64,000 nucleotides of DNA. Origin: an uncultured SAR86 cluster bacterium. Its GTDB lineage: Bacteria; Pseudomonadota; Gammaproteobacteria; Magnimaribacterales; AG-339-G14. The notes below the pieces were generated by a model, which ran no database searches, was not told the DNA's origin, and saw nothing but the letters and a program-made list of their open reading frames with translations. Position 1 is the stretch's first letter. The number at the start of each line of letters is the position of its first letter. The position numbers and the translations under genes were made by a program. Positions 25,465 to 35,494 of the stretch are shown here, piece after piece. The stretch is from NCBI GenBank assembly GCA_902635045.1, contig CACPMT010000004.1, positions 34,318 through 98,317 on the forward strand. Reading direction: 5' to 3'.

Positions 25465-27357
25465 ATGTATTTAAGAAATTACTTAAAATTTTGCGCGACT
25501 CTGACACTAATATTTTCTCTGTACAGTCATGCTGTCACTATAAATATGCGTGATGCTGATATTAGAGCTTTTATATCTGATATTTCATCTTTAACGGGTA
25601 AGACTTTTATAGTCGACCCAAGAATAAATGCCAAAATAACAATAATTTCTCGTGAGGATTTATCCATTGATGAAGCCTATGAAGTAATGCTCTCTGTTTT
25701 AGCCGTGCATGGATATGCTGCTATAGAACAAGATAACGCAACTAAAATAGTTCCTGAAATAAGCGGAAGGCAAGCCTTTAATACTTTCCCTAGGTCTAAT
25801 AGCCCAGCCGACTCTTTTGTGACAGATATTATTAAACCTAAATTTGCTTCAGTGAATTCCTTAATTTCAATATTGAGGCCGATTATTTCTTCGCAGGGTC
25901 ATCTCGCTGTTTATGAGCCGACTAATTCACTGATAATTGCAGACCGGGCCGGAAATGTAGAAAAGTTAAGAGGCATTATTAATGAACTTGATAAAACACC
26001 AGGAGAAAAATATGAGGTTATTAAACTTAATTATTCTTCCTCAAAAGAAGTCTCAAAGATAATTGATAAAATTTTCAATGATAATTCAGGAGGAATGAAT
26101 CCAAATCAATTCACTTCATATTCAATTGATCGAAGCAATAGCATCCTTTTGGTTGGAGACGAGCCCATAGTGGATAGGATGAAAAATCTAATACAGAATT
26201 TAGATACCGAGCAAAGTGGTTCAAGCACCCTGAAAGTGAAATATCTTAAATATGCCGATGCCAAGTCTCTCGAAAAGATTCTAAAGAATTTATCAGAAAA
26301 TTTATCAGCACAAGATAGAAGTACCAGTAAAATAACAACTAGCATCGAAGCACATGAAGGCACCAATTCATTGGTAATCTCAGCCGACCCTGAAGTAATG
26401 ACAGCAATTGAAGATGTTATTGCAAGCTTAGATATCAAAAGAGCTCAAGTTTTGGTGGAGGCTATTATTGTAGAGATTTCAGATACTTTAGCAAAAGAGC
26501 TTGGTGTTCAAATCCTTTTCTCGGGCGATGGGTCTGATACCCCAATTGTTTCTCAACGATTTGGAAACCCAAATCCTGATCTAACTGCGATCGTAGGAGG
26601 AGAAGTTTATGATACTACGTCCGGTTCATCTTCTATTCCAGCTGCAGCACAATCACTATTAACCTTAGATGGATTCGCTGCTGGAGTTGGAAAATATAAA
26701 AAGGATGAAAAAAGTTTTGCTGCAATTCTTAATGTTCTTCGAAAAGATACAGATTCTAATGTGTTATCAACTCCTTCTATTCTCACAATGGATAACGAAG
26801 AATCCTCAATTATAGTTGGCCAAGAAATACCAATCACAACTGGAGAATCTTTAGGTTCTGACAATACAAATCCTTTTAGAACGGTCAGCAGAGAAGAAGT
26901 TGGCGTCAAGTTACTTGTTAAACCACAAATTAATGAGGGAAACTCCATTCGGTTAGATATAGAACAGGAAGTATCAAGCGTATTTGGACCTCTGTTGATT
27001 GGAGCTTCTGAAATAGCTACAAATAAAAGAGAAATTAAAACGGCCGTGATGGTGGAAGATAGTGAGATCATTGTTTTAGGTGGTTTGATAAGCGATGACG
27101 TGCAGGAATCAGAAAGAAAAGTACCATTATTAGGAGACATTCCCTTACTAGGCAGGTTATTTAAATCCACTACGACTTCGAGATCAAAAAAGAATTTAGT
27201 TGTCTTTTTGAAACCAACTATTGTTCGAGATGTAACAGACATGCAAACGATTACAAATGAGAAATACAACCTGTTGAAAGCTGAACAAATTTTAAAATCT
27301 AAAAGAGGGCGACCCACACCTGATTTAAAAGTATTAGAAGACTTAATTAATAATTGA
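25465..27357 (+). CDS. gspD: Type II secretion system secretin GspD
   Basis: 630 aa with a signal peptide, N0-N3 domains and a secretin core (VLSTPSILTMDNEESSIIVGQEIP, VPLLGDIPLLGRLF). Confidence 0.92.
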   Translation: MYLRNYLKFCATLTLIFSLYSHAVTINMRDADIRAFISDISSLTGKTFIVDPRINAKITIISREDLSIDEAYEVMLSVLAVHGYAAIEQDNATKIVPEISGRQAFNTFPRSNSPADSFVTDIIKPKFASVNSLISILRPIISSQGHLAVYEPTNSLIIADRAGNVEKLRGIINELDKTPGEKYEVIKLNYSSSKEVSKIIDKIFNDNSGGMNPNQFTSYSIDRSNSILLVGDEPIVDRMKNLIQNLDTEQSGSSTLKVKYLKYADAKSLEKILKNLSENLSAQDRSTSKITTSIEAHEGTNSLVISADPEVMTAIEDVIASLDIKRAQVLVEAIIVEISDTLAKELGVQILFSGDGSDTPIVSQRFGNPNPDLTAIVGGEVYDTTSGSSSIPAAAQSLLTLDGFAAGVGKYKKDEKSFAAILNVLRKDTDSNVLSTPSILTMDNEESSIIVGQEIPITTGESLGSDNTNPFRTVSREEVGVKLLVKPQINEGNSIRLDIEQEVSSVFGPLLIGASEIATNKREIKTAVMVEDSEIIVLGGLISDDVQESERKVPLLGDIPLLGRLFKSTTTSRSKKNLVVFLKPTIVRDVTDMQTITNEKYNLLKAEQILKSKRGRPTPDLKVLEDLINN

Positions 27358-27364
27358 AAATTAG

Positions 27365-28732
27365 ATGAAAAATGAAATCGATTTAAGTTATAAATATTGC
27401 AAAGAAAATCAAATTTTATTAGAGAAAGATCATAACCAATTGATCATTAAATACACTAACGATACTAAAATTTCTGCTATTTCCTATTTGCAAAAACATT
27501 TTGATCTGCCTTTGAACTTATCTAAGCTGCCCTTTAAAGAATTTAACAAAGCTTTATCTGATAACTTCACAAACAATACTTCTGCTTCAGAAGACTTGAT
27601 CGAAAATATCGATGAAAATATTGATCTTGATTCTTTGGTTTCTAATCTACCTAAAACTGAAGACTTGTTAGATGATAGTAACGATGCTCCTGTTATTAGA
27701 TTAATAAATGCTATTTTATCCGAGGCAATTAAAGATGGTGCTTCAGATATTCACATAGAACCATACGAAGAAAACTTATCTATAAGATTTAGGGTTGACG
27801 GTATCTTAAAAGAAAAATTAAATCCCAGCAGCAGAATTGCACCCTTACTGAATGCAAGAATAAAAGTTATGTCTAATCTTGATATTGCTGAACGCAGAAT
27901 ACCTCAAGATGGAAGGATGTCATTAAAATTAGGAGAAAAGTGGGTCGATATTAGAGTTTCCACTTTGCCTTCAAGTTTTGGAGAAAGGCTTGTTTTAAGG
28001 TTGTTAGATAAAGCAGATGCGAGCCTTGATCTAGAAGATCTGGGAATGACTAGTGAAATGACAAAAGATTATTTGCAACAACTTAAAAGTACAAGTGGAA
28101 TAATCTTGGTAACAGGACCAACGGGTTCAGGAAAAACAACTACTCTTTATTCTGGACTGAATTTTCTAAATGATCAGACGAGAAATATATTAACTGTAGA
28201 AGATCCCATTGAGTATGCTTTGGAAGGTGTAGGCCAAACTCAAGTAAATAACAAAGTAGGCTTGTCCTTCTCTAAAGGATTAAGAGCAATATTAAGACAA
28301 GATCCAGATGTTGTTATGGTCGGTGAGATTAGAGACAAGGAAACTGCTGAAACTGCCATTCAAGCGAGTTTAACCGGTCACTTAGTCTTGTCTACCATCC
28401 ATACGAATGATTCGGTTGGAGCCATCACAAGATTGATTGATATGGGGGTTGAGCCGTACCTTCTAGCCAGTACTTTAAAAATGGTTATAGCGCAGAGACT
28501 CGTAAGAAAATTAACCAACAAAAATGAATTCTCTGGAAGAGTTGGAATTTTCGAGATGATTAAAATAGATAGCGATATTAGAAATTTTATAAATGAAACT
28601 ATAGACGAAGATAAAATTAGAAAAGTAGCTTTCAAAAAATATAATTCTTTGCTGAATGATGGCGAAGAAAAAGTTAAAAAGGGCATTACTTCGGAATTAG
28701 AGATAAAAAGAGTTCTTAAGCAAGTTGATTAA
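27365..28732 (+). CDS. gspE: Type II secretion ATPase GspE
   Basis: 455 aa with Walker A GPTGSGKTTT, the Asp box, Walker B and His box (LVLSTIHTND), plus APVIRLINAIL. Confidence 0.93.
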   Translation: MKNEIDLSYKYCKENQILLEKDHNQLIIKYTNDTKISAISYLQKHFDLPLNLSKLPFKEFNKALSDNFTNNTSASEDLIENIDENIDLDSLVSNLPKTEDLLDDSNDAPVIRLINAILSEAIKDGASDIHIEPYEENLSIRFRVDGILKEKLNPSSRIAPLLNARIKVMSNLDIAERRIPQDGRMSLKLGEKWVDIRVSTLPSSFGERLVLRLLDKADASLDLEDLGMTSEMTKDYLQQLKSTSGIILVTGPTGSGKTTTLYSGLNFLNDQTRNILTVEDPIEYALEGVGQTQVNNKVGLSFSKGLRAILRQDPDVVMVGEIRDKETAETAIQASLTGHLVLSTIHTNDSVGAITRLIDMGVEPYLLASTLKMVIAQRLVRKLTNKNEFSGRVGIFEMIKIDSDIRNFINETIDEDKIRKVAFKKYNSLLNDGEEKVKKGITSELEIKRVLKQVD

Positions 28733-28734
28733 TT

Positions 28735-29943
28735 ATGGCTAGTTTTACATACAAGGCAATTGATCATAACGGTGAAACCGAAAATGGCTACCTAGTAGCC
28801 GAAAATATTAATGAAGCTCAAAACGAACTAAAAAATAGAAAACTAATTCCACTCAAACTAAAAAAATCAAACACAAGATTTAATTTTAGTTTTTTTTCAT
28901 CGATCGGCTTTTCAAAATTGTCATTAATTTCAAGACAATTATCTACTTTAATCAATAGCGGTATACCTGTTGATCAAGCTTTAGATTCAGTTTCAAATCA
29001 AATTGAACCTCTTCGAGTTAAAAATAAACTGAAACAGGTTTCTTTAAAAGTAAAATCAGGTTTCAAATTTTCTGAATCATTAGAAGAACACCCTGAGTCT
29101 TTTGACAAACTATACTGCTCGCTCATAAAAGCTGGAGAATCTTCCGGTGAGTTGGGAGTAATTTTAGAAAAAACATCAGACTTCTTAGAAAGAAGAGCAA
29201 ACATGACTCAGGAAATCACAGGAGCTTTAGTTTATCCCGCCATTCTCTTCACTGTTGCTTTGGGAATAATAAGTATGTTGCTTGTTTATGTAGTTCCAGA
29301 CGTAGTTTCACAATTTTCCTCTTTGAATAGAGAACTCCCTTTTTTAACCAAATATCTTATTAATCTTTCTGAAATGATCAGTAGTCCGTTTTTTTTATTT
29401 TCATTATTGATTCCTCTTTTATCTTTTTTTATTTTAGTAAGATATTTAGGAGCTGAAAAAGTAAAAACTAAATTTGATAAGGTTTTATTAAAAATTCCAG
29501 TTATAAAAGATTTTTTGTTAGACGCTGATTTATCTAGATTTACTAGTTCGCTGAGTCTACTAAGGATGGGAAATGTATCTATCCTAAATGCTTTGCAGAT
29601 TTCATCTGATACAATTTCGAATAGCTACTTGAGAAGCTCAATAAAAAAAGCATCAAATAACGTTAAAGAAGGAGAATCCATTGCGAGATCTTTGGAAAAA
29701 GTTGATGTTGTGCCGCCATTAGTTATTCAGATGATTCAAAATGGAGAAAATTCAGGAAAACTCGAAGAGATGTTATCTAAGCTCTCAGATTATTTAGAAA
29801 CAAGATTTAAAAATTCTACTAAAATTGCAATGAATCTTCTTGAACCATTAGTTATTATTATTCTAGGAGTCTTTGTTGCTTTGATTGTTTTAGCAATTCT
29901 TTTGCCATTAATTCAACTAAATACTTTTACGACAACGTTATGA
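28735..29943 (+). CDS. gspF: Type II secretion inner-membrane platform protein GspF
   Basis: 402 aa with the duplicated GspF/PilC domain (FSRQLSTLINSGIPV..., SLSLLRMGNVSILNAL) and three TM segments. Confidence 0.92.
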   Translation: MASFTYKAIDHNGETENGYLVAENINEAQNELKNRKLIPLKLKKSNTRFNFSFFSSIGFSKLSLISRQLSTLINSGIPVDQALDSVSNQIEPLRVKNKLKQVSLKVKSGFKFSESLEEHPESFDKLYCSLIKAGESSGELGVILEKTSDFLERRANMTQEITGALVYPAILFTVALGIISMLLVYVVPDVVSQFSSLNRELPFLTKYLINLSEMISSPFFLFSLLIPLLSFFILVRYLGAEKVKTKFDKVLLKIPVIKDFLLDADLSRFTSSLSLLRMGNVSILNALQISSDTISNSYLRSSIKKASNNVKEGESIARSLEKVDVVPPLVIQMIQNGENSGKLEEMLSKLSDYLETRFKNSTKIAMNLLEPLVIIILGVFVALIVLAILLPLIQLNTFTTTL

Positions 29944-30395
29944 AAAAAAAGATAAGAAAAAATTTTAATGTTAAATCATTGGAAAATGGATTCAGCCTTA
30001 TTGAAATATTAGTTGTTCTTATGATTATTGGAATGCTAACTGCTGTTGTGGCTATAAATGTCTTGCCTAGTCAAGATCGAGCAAGGGTAGATAAAGCAAA
30101 GGCCGATATCAGGATTATGGAACAAGCTTTAGAGCTTTATAGGTTAGATATGTTCTCTTACCCTACAAAACAAGAAGGTTTGAATGCGTTGATAGAAAAA
30201 CCCTCTAACAATAGATTTTCAGATAGATATCGCCAAGGCGGCTACATAAGGAGGTTAGAGCTTGACCCATGGGGCAATGACTATCAATACGAAAGGCCAG
30301 GAAAAAACAATAGTCCATTTGAGATTATTTCCTTTGGCGCAGATGGCCAAAAAGGGGGAGAAGGTCTTGAGAGTGACATATCTAATTTGGATTGA
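29940..30395 (+). CDS. gspG: Type II secretion major pseudopilin GspG
   Basis: 151 aa. It has the prepilin leader ...ENG|FSLIEILVVL, then AKADIRIMEQALELYRLD and DPWGNDYQYERPG...FEIISFGADGQ, which are canonical GspG blocks. Confidence 0.92.
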   Translation: MKKKIRKNFNVKSLENGFSLIEILVVLMIIGMLTAVVAINVLPSQDRARVDKAKADIRIMEQALELYRLDMFSYPTKQEGLNALIEKPSNNRFSDRYRQGGYIRRLELDPWGNDYQYERPGKNNSPFEIISFGADGQKGGEGLESDISNLD

Positions 30396-30400
30396 TTTGA

Positions 30401-30751
30401 GTGAAAGGTTTTACCTTAGTAGAAGTTTTAGTTTCTTTATTAATTTTATCTATAGTTGCTGCAGCAGGACTATCGAGTATTAGTTTTTCAGCAAATAGTT
30501 ATTTGAAATTAAAAGACGATTTTTATTCTTCAACCATTGCAGAAAATATTCTTCTGCTTTCTTTTTACGATAATAATTTTCTAACTAATAACATCTCCAC
30601 TCAATCGGAAATTATGATGGGTAATTCTTATATTTGGAGAAGGAATATTAATATCAACAGATCTCAGAATTCGTTAAGCATATCAGTGGAAGTAGCATCT
30701 GAAACTGAATCCAACCCATACAAATTAGAAATATTCAAAACACTAAAATGA
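30401..30751 (+). CDS. gspI: Type II secretion minor pseudopilin, GspI-like
   Basis: 116 aa with a GTG start and the leader MKG|FTLVEVLVSL. Its size and layout fit GspI rather than GspH. The assignment is by size and order. Confidence 0.62.
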   Translation: MKGFTLVEVLVSLLILSIVAAAGLSSISFSANSYLKLKDDFYSSTIAENILLLSFYDNNFLTNNISTQSEIMMGNSYIWRRNININRSQNSLSISVEVASETESNPYKLEIFKTLK

Positions 30752-31320
30752 AAATCAGCAAAGGCTACTCTTTGATAGAAATGTTAATTGTCTTATTCAT
30801 TTTTAGTATGATTGCCTTAATTTCTTTATCTTTTTTATCTTCTTCGGCAAATTCTTTTTTTCAAATAAATTCTAAAACAGACAATTTAAAACAACTTATC
30901 GTTGCTACGGAAGTAATAAGAGACGACTTAGTTCATGCTTCAGATAAATTAGCTCGAAATGAATTTGGAGTTAAAAAACAAATTTTCTTTATTTCACCTT
31001 TTTTAATTGAAAATGGAACAGCTATAGAGTTTGTTAGGTTTTCTTCCAGCGACGGATTGGGAAATACTGGATCCATGTTCAAAGTAAAATATATTTTAGA
31101 AAATGGAACTTTAAATCGATATGTAAGTAATTTTCTAAATTCTCCATATTCAAGTAACCCATTAGCATTAATTTCAGATGTTTCTGAAATTGAGATACAA
31201 AAACCTTTATCGAGTTCTTTTTCTTCTTTTGAACCTGAAAATATTCCAAAACTACTCAAATTCAACATAAAAATAGGAGAAGTTTTTTTTAAAAAAATTT
31301 TTATAGTTTCCAATGCTTAA
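30748..31320 (+). CDS. gspJ: Type II secretion minor pseudopilin, GspJ-like
   Basis: 190 aa with the leader MKISKG|YSLIEMLIVL. Its size and its position before gspK fit GspJ. Confidence 0.62.
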   Translation: MKISKGYSLIEMLIVLFIFSMIALISLSFLSSSANSFFQINSKTDNLKQLIVATEVIRDDLVHASDKLARNEFGVKKQIFFISPFLIENGTAIEFVRFSSSDGLGNTGSMFKVKYILENGTLNRYVSNFLNSPYSSNPLALISDVSEIEIQKPLSSSFSSFEPENIPKLLKFNIKIGEVFFKKIFIVSNA

Positions 31321-32305
31321 GAAAGATATAAAAATTGAAAGAGGAGCAGCTCTTCTTTTATCGTTGTTGATAACCTCTGTTGTGTCTTTAATAGGTTATA
31401 GGCTTTTTGACATTACAATTTTTACATCTGAGTTAGAAAAAAAATATTTAAGTGACCAGCAATCGCTTCTTTTAGTGCTGAGTTTGGAGGAATACACTTT
31501 AGACTTCATAAGTTCTTCAGAAAAAAGAAATTCATTATCATTAATGACAAATAAATATGATCCTTATAGTCCTATAAAAATTCCAATAGAGAGAGGCGAT
31601 GTTCTGGCTCAAATCGAAGATAAAAGCGATTGTTTCAACATCAATGTATTGGTAACTAACATAGAAAAAAGTAATAAGAAAATCGTAAATCAAGAAGAGT
31701 TAAAATTTTTTAAAAACTTATTAATCAGTCTGGATACACCAGATGAAAAAGTTGAACTCATATCTTCGTCTCTCACAGACTGGATGGATTTTGATGACTT
31801 TCCTGATAATTACAACGGAGCAGAAGATTTTTACTACTCAAATTTAGAATCTCCATATTTACCAGCTAATGATTATTTTCAAAATATCAATGAAATCAGA
31901 CAAGTTAAAGGAATTAGTGAAGATATATATCAAAACTTAAAGCCTTACATCTGCGCGTTGCCAAATGAATTAAATTTAATAAATTTGAATTCTATTTCGC
32001 CTTTAAAGCCAAAAATTTTAGTTGCACTAAGCGAGAATAAAATAACTGATCAAGATGCTATCAATATTATTGAGAATAGACCTTTAGAAGGCTTTCAAAA
32101 AATAGGAGATTTTTTTAATGATGACTTTATAAAAAAAAGTTTTGCTACAAAATTTGCCAAGGAAAAACTTACGACCGAGCCATTTTATTTTAATTTAAAA
32201 ACTCAGATAAAATTTGATGAGTTCACATTTATAATGAACACTGGATTTTTGAAAGAAAAAGAAACTATGCAAATTATCTCAAGAAAGAAAGGTAATTCAT
32301 TATGA
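31313..32305 (+). CDS. gspK: Type II secretion minor pseudopilin GspK
   Basis: 330 aa. The leader ERG|AALLLSLL lacks Glu5, as is typical of GspK. It has DWMDFDD...GAEDFYY and helix-hairpin-helix-like NEIRQVKGISEDIYQNLKPY blocks. Confidence 0.75.
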   Translation: MLKKDIKIERGAALLLSLLITSVVSLIGYRLFDITIFTSELEKKYLSDQQSLLLVLSLEEYTLDFISSSEKRNSLSLMTNKYDPYSPIKIPIERGDVLAQIEDKSDCFNINVLVTNIEKSNKKIVNQEELKFFKNLLISLDTPDEKVELISSSLTDWMDFDDFPDNYNGAEDFYYSNLESPYLPANDYFQNINEIRQVKGISEDIYQNLKPYICALPNELNLINLNSISPLKPKILVALSENKITDQDAINIIENRPLEGFQKIGDFFNDDFIKKSFATKFAKEKLTTEPFYFNLKTQIKFDEFTFIMNTGFLKEKETMQIISRKKGNSL

Positions 32306-33438
32306 ATAAATTGATTTATGTTATTTATGACTACTATTCGAAAGAAAAGTTATTTTTTCTAGAGACGGATGGCAAAAAAAATATAATTAGCGAAAATGAA
32401 ATCAATAATTTTCCTAGAGTTCAAAAAAATTTCTTTTTAATATCTGATTTATTTAATTCCTTTGAAATAAAACTTCCTGATACAAGTCTAGCAAATCAAA
32501 AAAAAGCCATACCATTCCTCATAGAAGATCAAATACTTGATGATGGCGAAAATTATTCAAAGTATTTGAACAACAAAGAGGGAATTTTATTGCTAGCAAA
32601 AAAAAATGATTTGGAAGAACTTATCAAAGATATTGATTTATTTTCTACTTCGTCTTTGCAACCCATAGAAGCTTCCTTTGAAGAAGATAAATTAATAATT
32701 ATCAGAGATAAAGTAATCATAGCTTTGAATAAAAAATGGTATTGGTCGGGAAATTTAGAAATTTTTGAATCTTATTTGCCTTATCTAGAAGAATATTCAA
32801 AAAATCAGATAATTCAATGCCATGTTTTGGAAAGAATTCCTGAGGCTTTAAAAAGTAAAAATTTTTTAAAGTTTAAATCTCATAAAGATATTCAATCTCT
32901 TTGGAGCGAAAACATACCCGATATCAAAAAAGAAATTAATATCTTAAAAGGAACTTTTGAGCCCAAAATAGATTGGTTAAAAAAATTTAAAGAATGGAAA
33001 ATCCTTTTTTATACTGGCATAGCGGTTTATTCAATTTTTCTATTTTCAGCTTTAATTCAAATTAGCGCTTTATCAATTTCTAATTATCAATTTAAAAATC
33101 AACTTTCTGGAATATTTAATGAAAAATTTCCCAATGAAACTTTAAAAAATGACTTAATTTCTCAGGTAAATAATTTAGTTAATATAAATTCATTTACAAA
33201 AAAAAATTTAGATTTGCTGGGACTTATATCCAATGAAATTTCTATAATGGATAATATTAGCCTGATCTCTATTAATTCAGATTCGAATAAGTTATCTATC
33301 GAAGTAGAGGCTATTGATTATCAAGAAATTGAAAATTTGGTAAGGCTTATGGCTAATTCAGGTGTTGATATATCAATTGGCAGTTCTAGACGCTCAAACA
33401 ATTTACTCATAGGGGAGTTGGATGTTAGAAATTTTTAA
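32302..33438 (+). CDS. gspL: Type II secretion protein L (by position, size and topology)
   Basis: 378 aa with a cytoplasmic N-domain and a single TM (ILFYTGIAVYSIFLFSALIQI) at about residue 235. The sequence is very divergent. Confidence 0.6.
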   Translation: MNKLIYVIYDYYSKEKLFFLETDGKKNIISENEINNFPRVQKNFFLISDLFNSFEIKLPDTSLANQKKAIPFLIEDQILDDGENYSKYLNNKEGILLLAKKNDLEELIKDIDLFSTSSLQPIEASFEEDKLIIIRDKVIIALNKKWYWSGNLEIFESYLPYLEEYSKNQIIQCHVLERIPEALKSKNFLKFKSHKDIQSLWSENIPDIKKEINILKGTFEPKIDWLKKFKEWKILFYTGIAVYSIFLFSALIQISALSISNYQFKNQLSGIFNEKFPNETLKNDLISQVNNLVNINSFTKKNLDLLGLISNEISIMDNISLISINSDSNKLSIEVEAIDYQEIENLVRLMANSGVDISIGSSRRSNNLLIGELDVRNF

Positions 33439-33880
33439 AAATATGTTCGATATAAAACTTACGAGATTGCATCAAATTATTCTTTTTGGAACTTTTCTAT
33501 TTGTAAGTTTTTATTTTTTAATTTCTATAATTTTTACTCTAAATAATAGTATTTTGGATATAAAAAAAGAAAATGAAATTACTATTAGTAGAATAGAATT
33601 TCTATCTTCAATAAAGGATCAAGAAATAATTTCAAGATCAAATTTCTCGAGTAATTTTGCATCTTCTTTAAATACATCCGCACTGGATAAGAATCTCAAA
33701 ATTGATCGCTCTTTACCTTTGTCTGATGGTGAAATATCCATTTGGATAAATGAATCTAATTTTGTTGATTTATTTAATTGGCTTTTAGAGATTAATAATA
33801 ATAATGTTGAGATTACAAAAATGAATATAAGAAGAGTTTCGGGAGATTCAGTTAGTGCTCAGTTAACTTTTAAATCTTAA
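33422..33880 (+). CDS. gspM: Type II secretion protein M (by position, size and topology)
   Basis: 152 aa with an N-terminal TM and a periplasmic domain. It overlaps gspL by 17 nt. Confidence 0.55.
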   Translation: MLEIFKNMFDIKLTRLHQIILFGTFLFVSFYFLISIIFTLNNSILDIKKENEITISRIEFLSSIKDQEIISRSNFSSNFASSLNTSALDKNLKIDRSLPLSDGEISIWINESNFVDLFNWLLEINNNNVEITKMNIRRVSGDSVSAQLTFKS

Positions 33881-33884
33881 AAAT

Positions 33885-34610
33885 ATGAAATATTTTATTT
33901 TTTTTATTATTTCCAGTCTTTTTATAACTCTCTTTGTAGTGACTATTAACTTGCCACTTAGTGTTATAAAACCGATATTGTCTGAGAATTTCCCAGAGAT
34001 AACTTATAGTAAAATCGAAGGAACTATCTGGTCAGGAGAAATTTCTGATTTATCTTTTGCTAATGAATATCTTGGAGATCTTAAAACCCAAACCGATTTG
34101 AGGAGCTTAGAATTTTTTCTTAATGACAATGAAGTTCTGGTAGAGGGAAAGCTCAATTTAATTGGCACATTGATTGAGAGACGAATTAATCTTAGAGAAG
34201 TTAATTTTGAAATTGGATCTAGAAGGTTTTTACAAAGAATACCTTCTATTTCCTCTTTCTCTGGCAATAACATCAACATGACTTTTGATATAGACGGTTG
34301 CTACGAAGCTTCAGGCAATCTTTTTGCTGATTTGGATAGACGCGGGCTTTTGAATCAAGAAGTAACTACAGAAATGGAAGTTATCTTGGGATGCAAAGAT
34401 AAAAAATTAATTGGTGATTTTTATAGCACACCAAATCAAGATATTTTGAAGGGAAATTTCAACGTGGATAAAGAGTTAAACTACGTATTAGTAGCTAATT
34501 CAGCAATGGTTATATCAAAAATTTCAAAACTCATAACAAAGCCGCTGAGTCGTGCACCAGACGTTAAAATTAAAGGAAATTTGTATAATTTTTTTTACGG
34601 AGATAATTAA
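33885..34610 (+). CDS. gspN: Type II secretion protein N (by position and the GTIWSG motif)
   Basis: 241 aa with an N-terminal TM and the EGTIWSGE motif typical of GspN. It is the last gsp gene. Confidence 0.55.
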   Translation: MKYFIFFIISSLFITLFVVTINLPLSVIKPILSENFPEITYSKIEGTIWSGEISDLSFANEYLGDLKTQTDLRSLEFFLNDNEVLVEGKLNLIGTLIERRINLREVNFEIGSRRFLQRIPSISSFSGNNINMTFDIDGCYEASGNLFADLDRRGLLNQEVTTEMEVILGCKDKKLIGDFYSTPNQDILKGNFNVDKELNYVLVANSAMVISKISKLITKPLSRAPDVKIKGNLYNFFYGDN

Positions 34611-35494
34611 TGCTTATTGGAAATAACCCGCTCAATGAGAAACCTGAATGGTTTAAAAAAAATATAGAGATTATCCCGCAATCTAAGCATGTTGAAGTTG
34701 AAAATAAAAAAATTAAATATTTCATTTGGGGCGATGAGTCTTTACCAAAATTAATTTTTCTCCATGGTTTTAATGCTCATAGTTATTGGTGGAGTCACAT
34801 TGCTCCTTTTTTTAATGCCAAATATTGTGTCGTTGCTTTGGATTTTAGTGGAATGGGAGAAAGCGAGCATCGAGAAGAATATTCTCAAGCGATGTATTCA
34901 AAAGAAATTAAAGCTGTCGTTGATGAAATGGGATGTACTAAACCAATTTGTTTAGCTCACAGCATGGGAGGAGCTATCGCAATGTTCAGCACGTCAATTT
35001 TTCCAGACCTTTTTTCTAAAATCATTTTGTTGGATTCGGTTGTAGTTTTGCCACCTGAAAAAGCAGAAATGATGAAATCTAGAAGACCAAAATCAAGAAT
35101 GGAGATAGCCTCTGATTCAATCGATAATGCAATATCTAGATTCCGATTAATGCCTCCCCAACCTTGTGCGCAAGAATACGTCTTAGAATATATTGCGAAA
35201 ACATCCTATAGAGAAACAGAGCAAGGATGGATGTTAAAATCTGATCCAAAAATTTCAAGCTCTTATAAATACAATGATTTGCACGAGATGATGATGAATC
35301 CAAAAACAGATCTTGAAATTATTTATGGCCAACTCAGTCAGGTATTCACCCCAGATGTACTTGACTATATGAAATATGTAGGACAACTAGATGAAACTAA
35401 GATTCATAGATTAGAAGGAGCGATGCATCATTTATTTTTAGACAGACCTTTGGAATTTAAAGATTTAGTTTTAAAAATTTTAGAAAATCAATAA
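34610..35494 (+). CDS. Alpha/beta-fold hydrolase
   Basis: 294 aa with HGFNAHSYWW (oxyanion region) and the nucleophile elbow AHSMGG. There is no signal peptide. The start overlaps the gspN stop as TAATG. Confidence 0.75.
   Translation: MLIGNNPLNEKPEWFKKNIEIIPQSKHVEVENKKIKYFIWGDESLPKLIFLHGFNAHSYWWSHIAPFFNAKYCVVALDFSGMGESEHREEYSQAMYSKEIKAVVDEMGCTKPICLAHSMGGAIAMFSTSIFPDLFSKIILLDSVVVLPPEKAEMMKSRRPKSRMEIASDSIDNAISRFRLMPPQPCAQEYVLEYIAKTSYRETEQGWMLKSDPKISSSYKYNDLHEMMMNPKTDLEIIYGQLSQVFTPDVLDYMKYVGQLDETKIHRLEGAMHHLFLDRPLEFKDLVLKILENQ

Noticed and set aside
26607-27317. 236-aa ORF on the minus strand inside gspD
   Set aside because: It lies entirely antisense to a strongly supported secretin gene, has a low-complexity composition and shows no recognisable motifs. 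This is a typical shadow ORF. The same reasoning applies to the other antisense track ORFs, including 3757..3939, 7892..8173, 19110..19391, 23244..23552 and 46448..47145.
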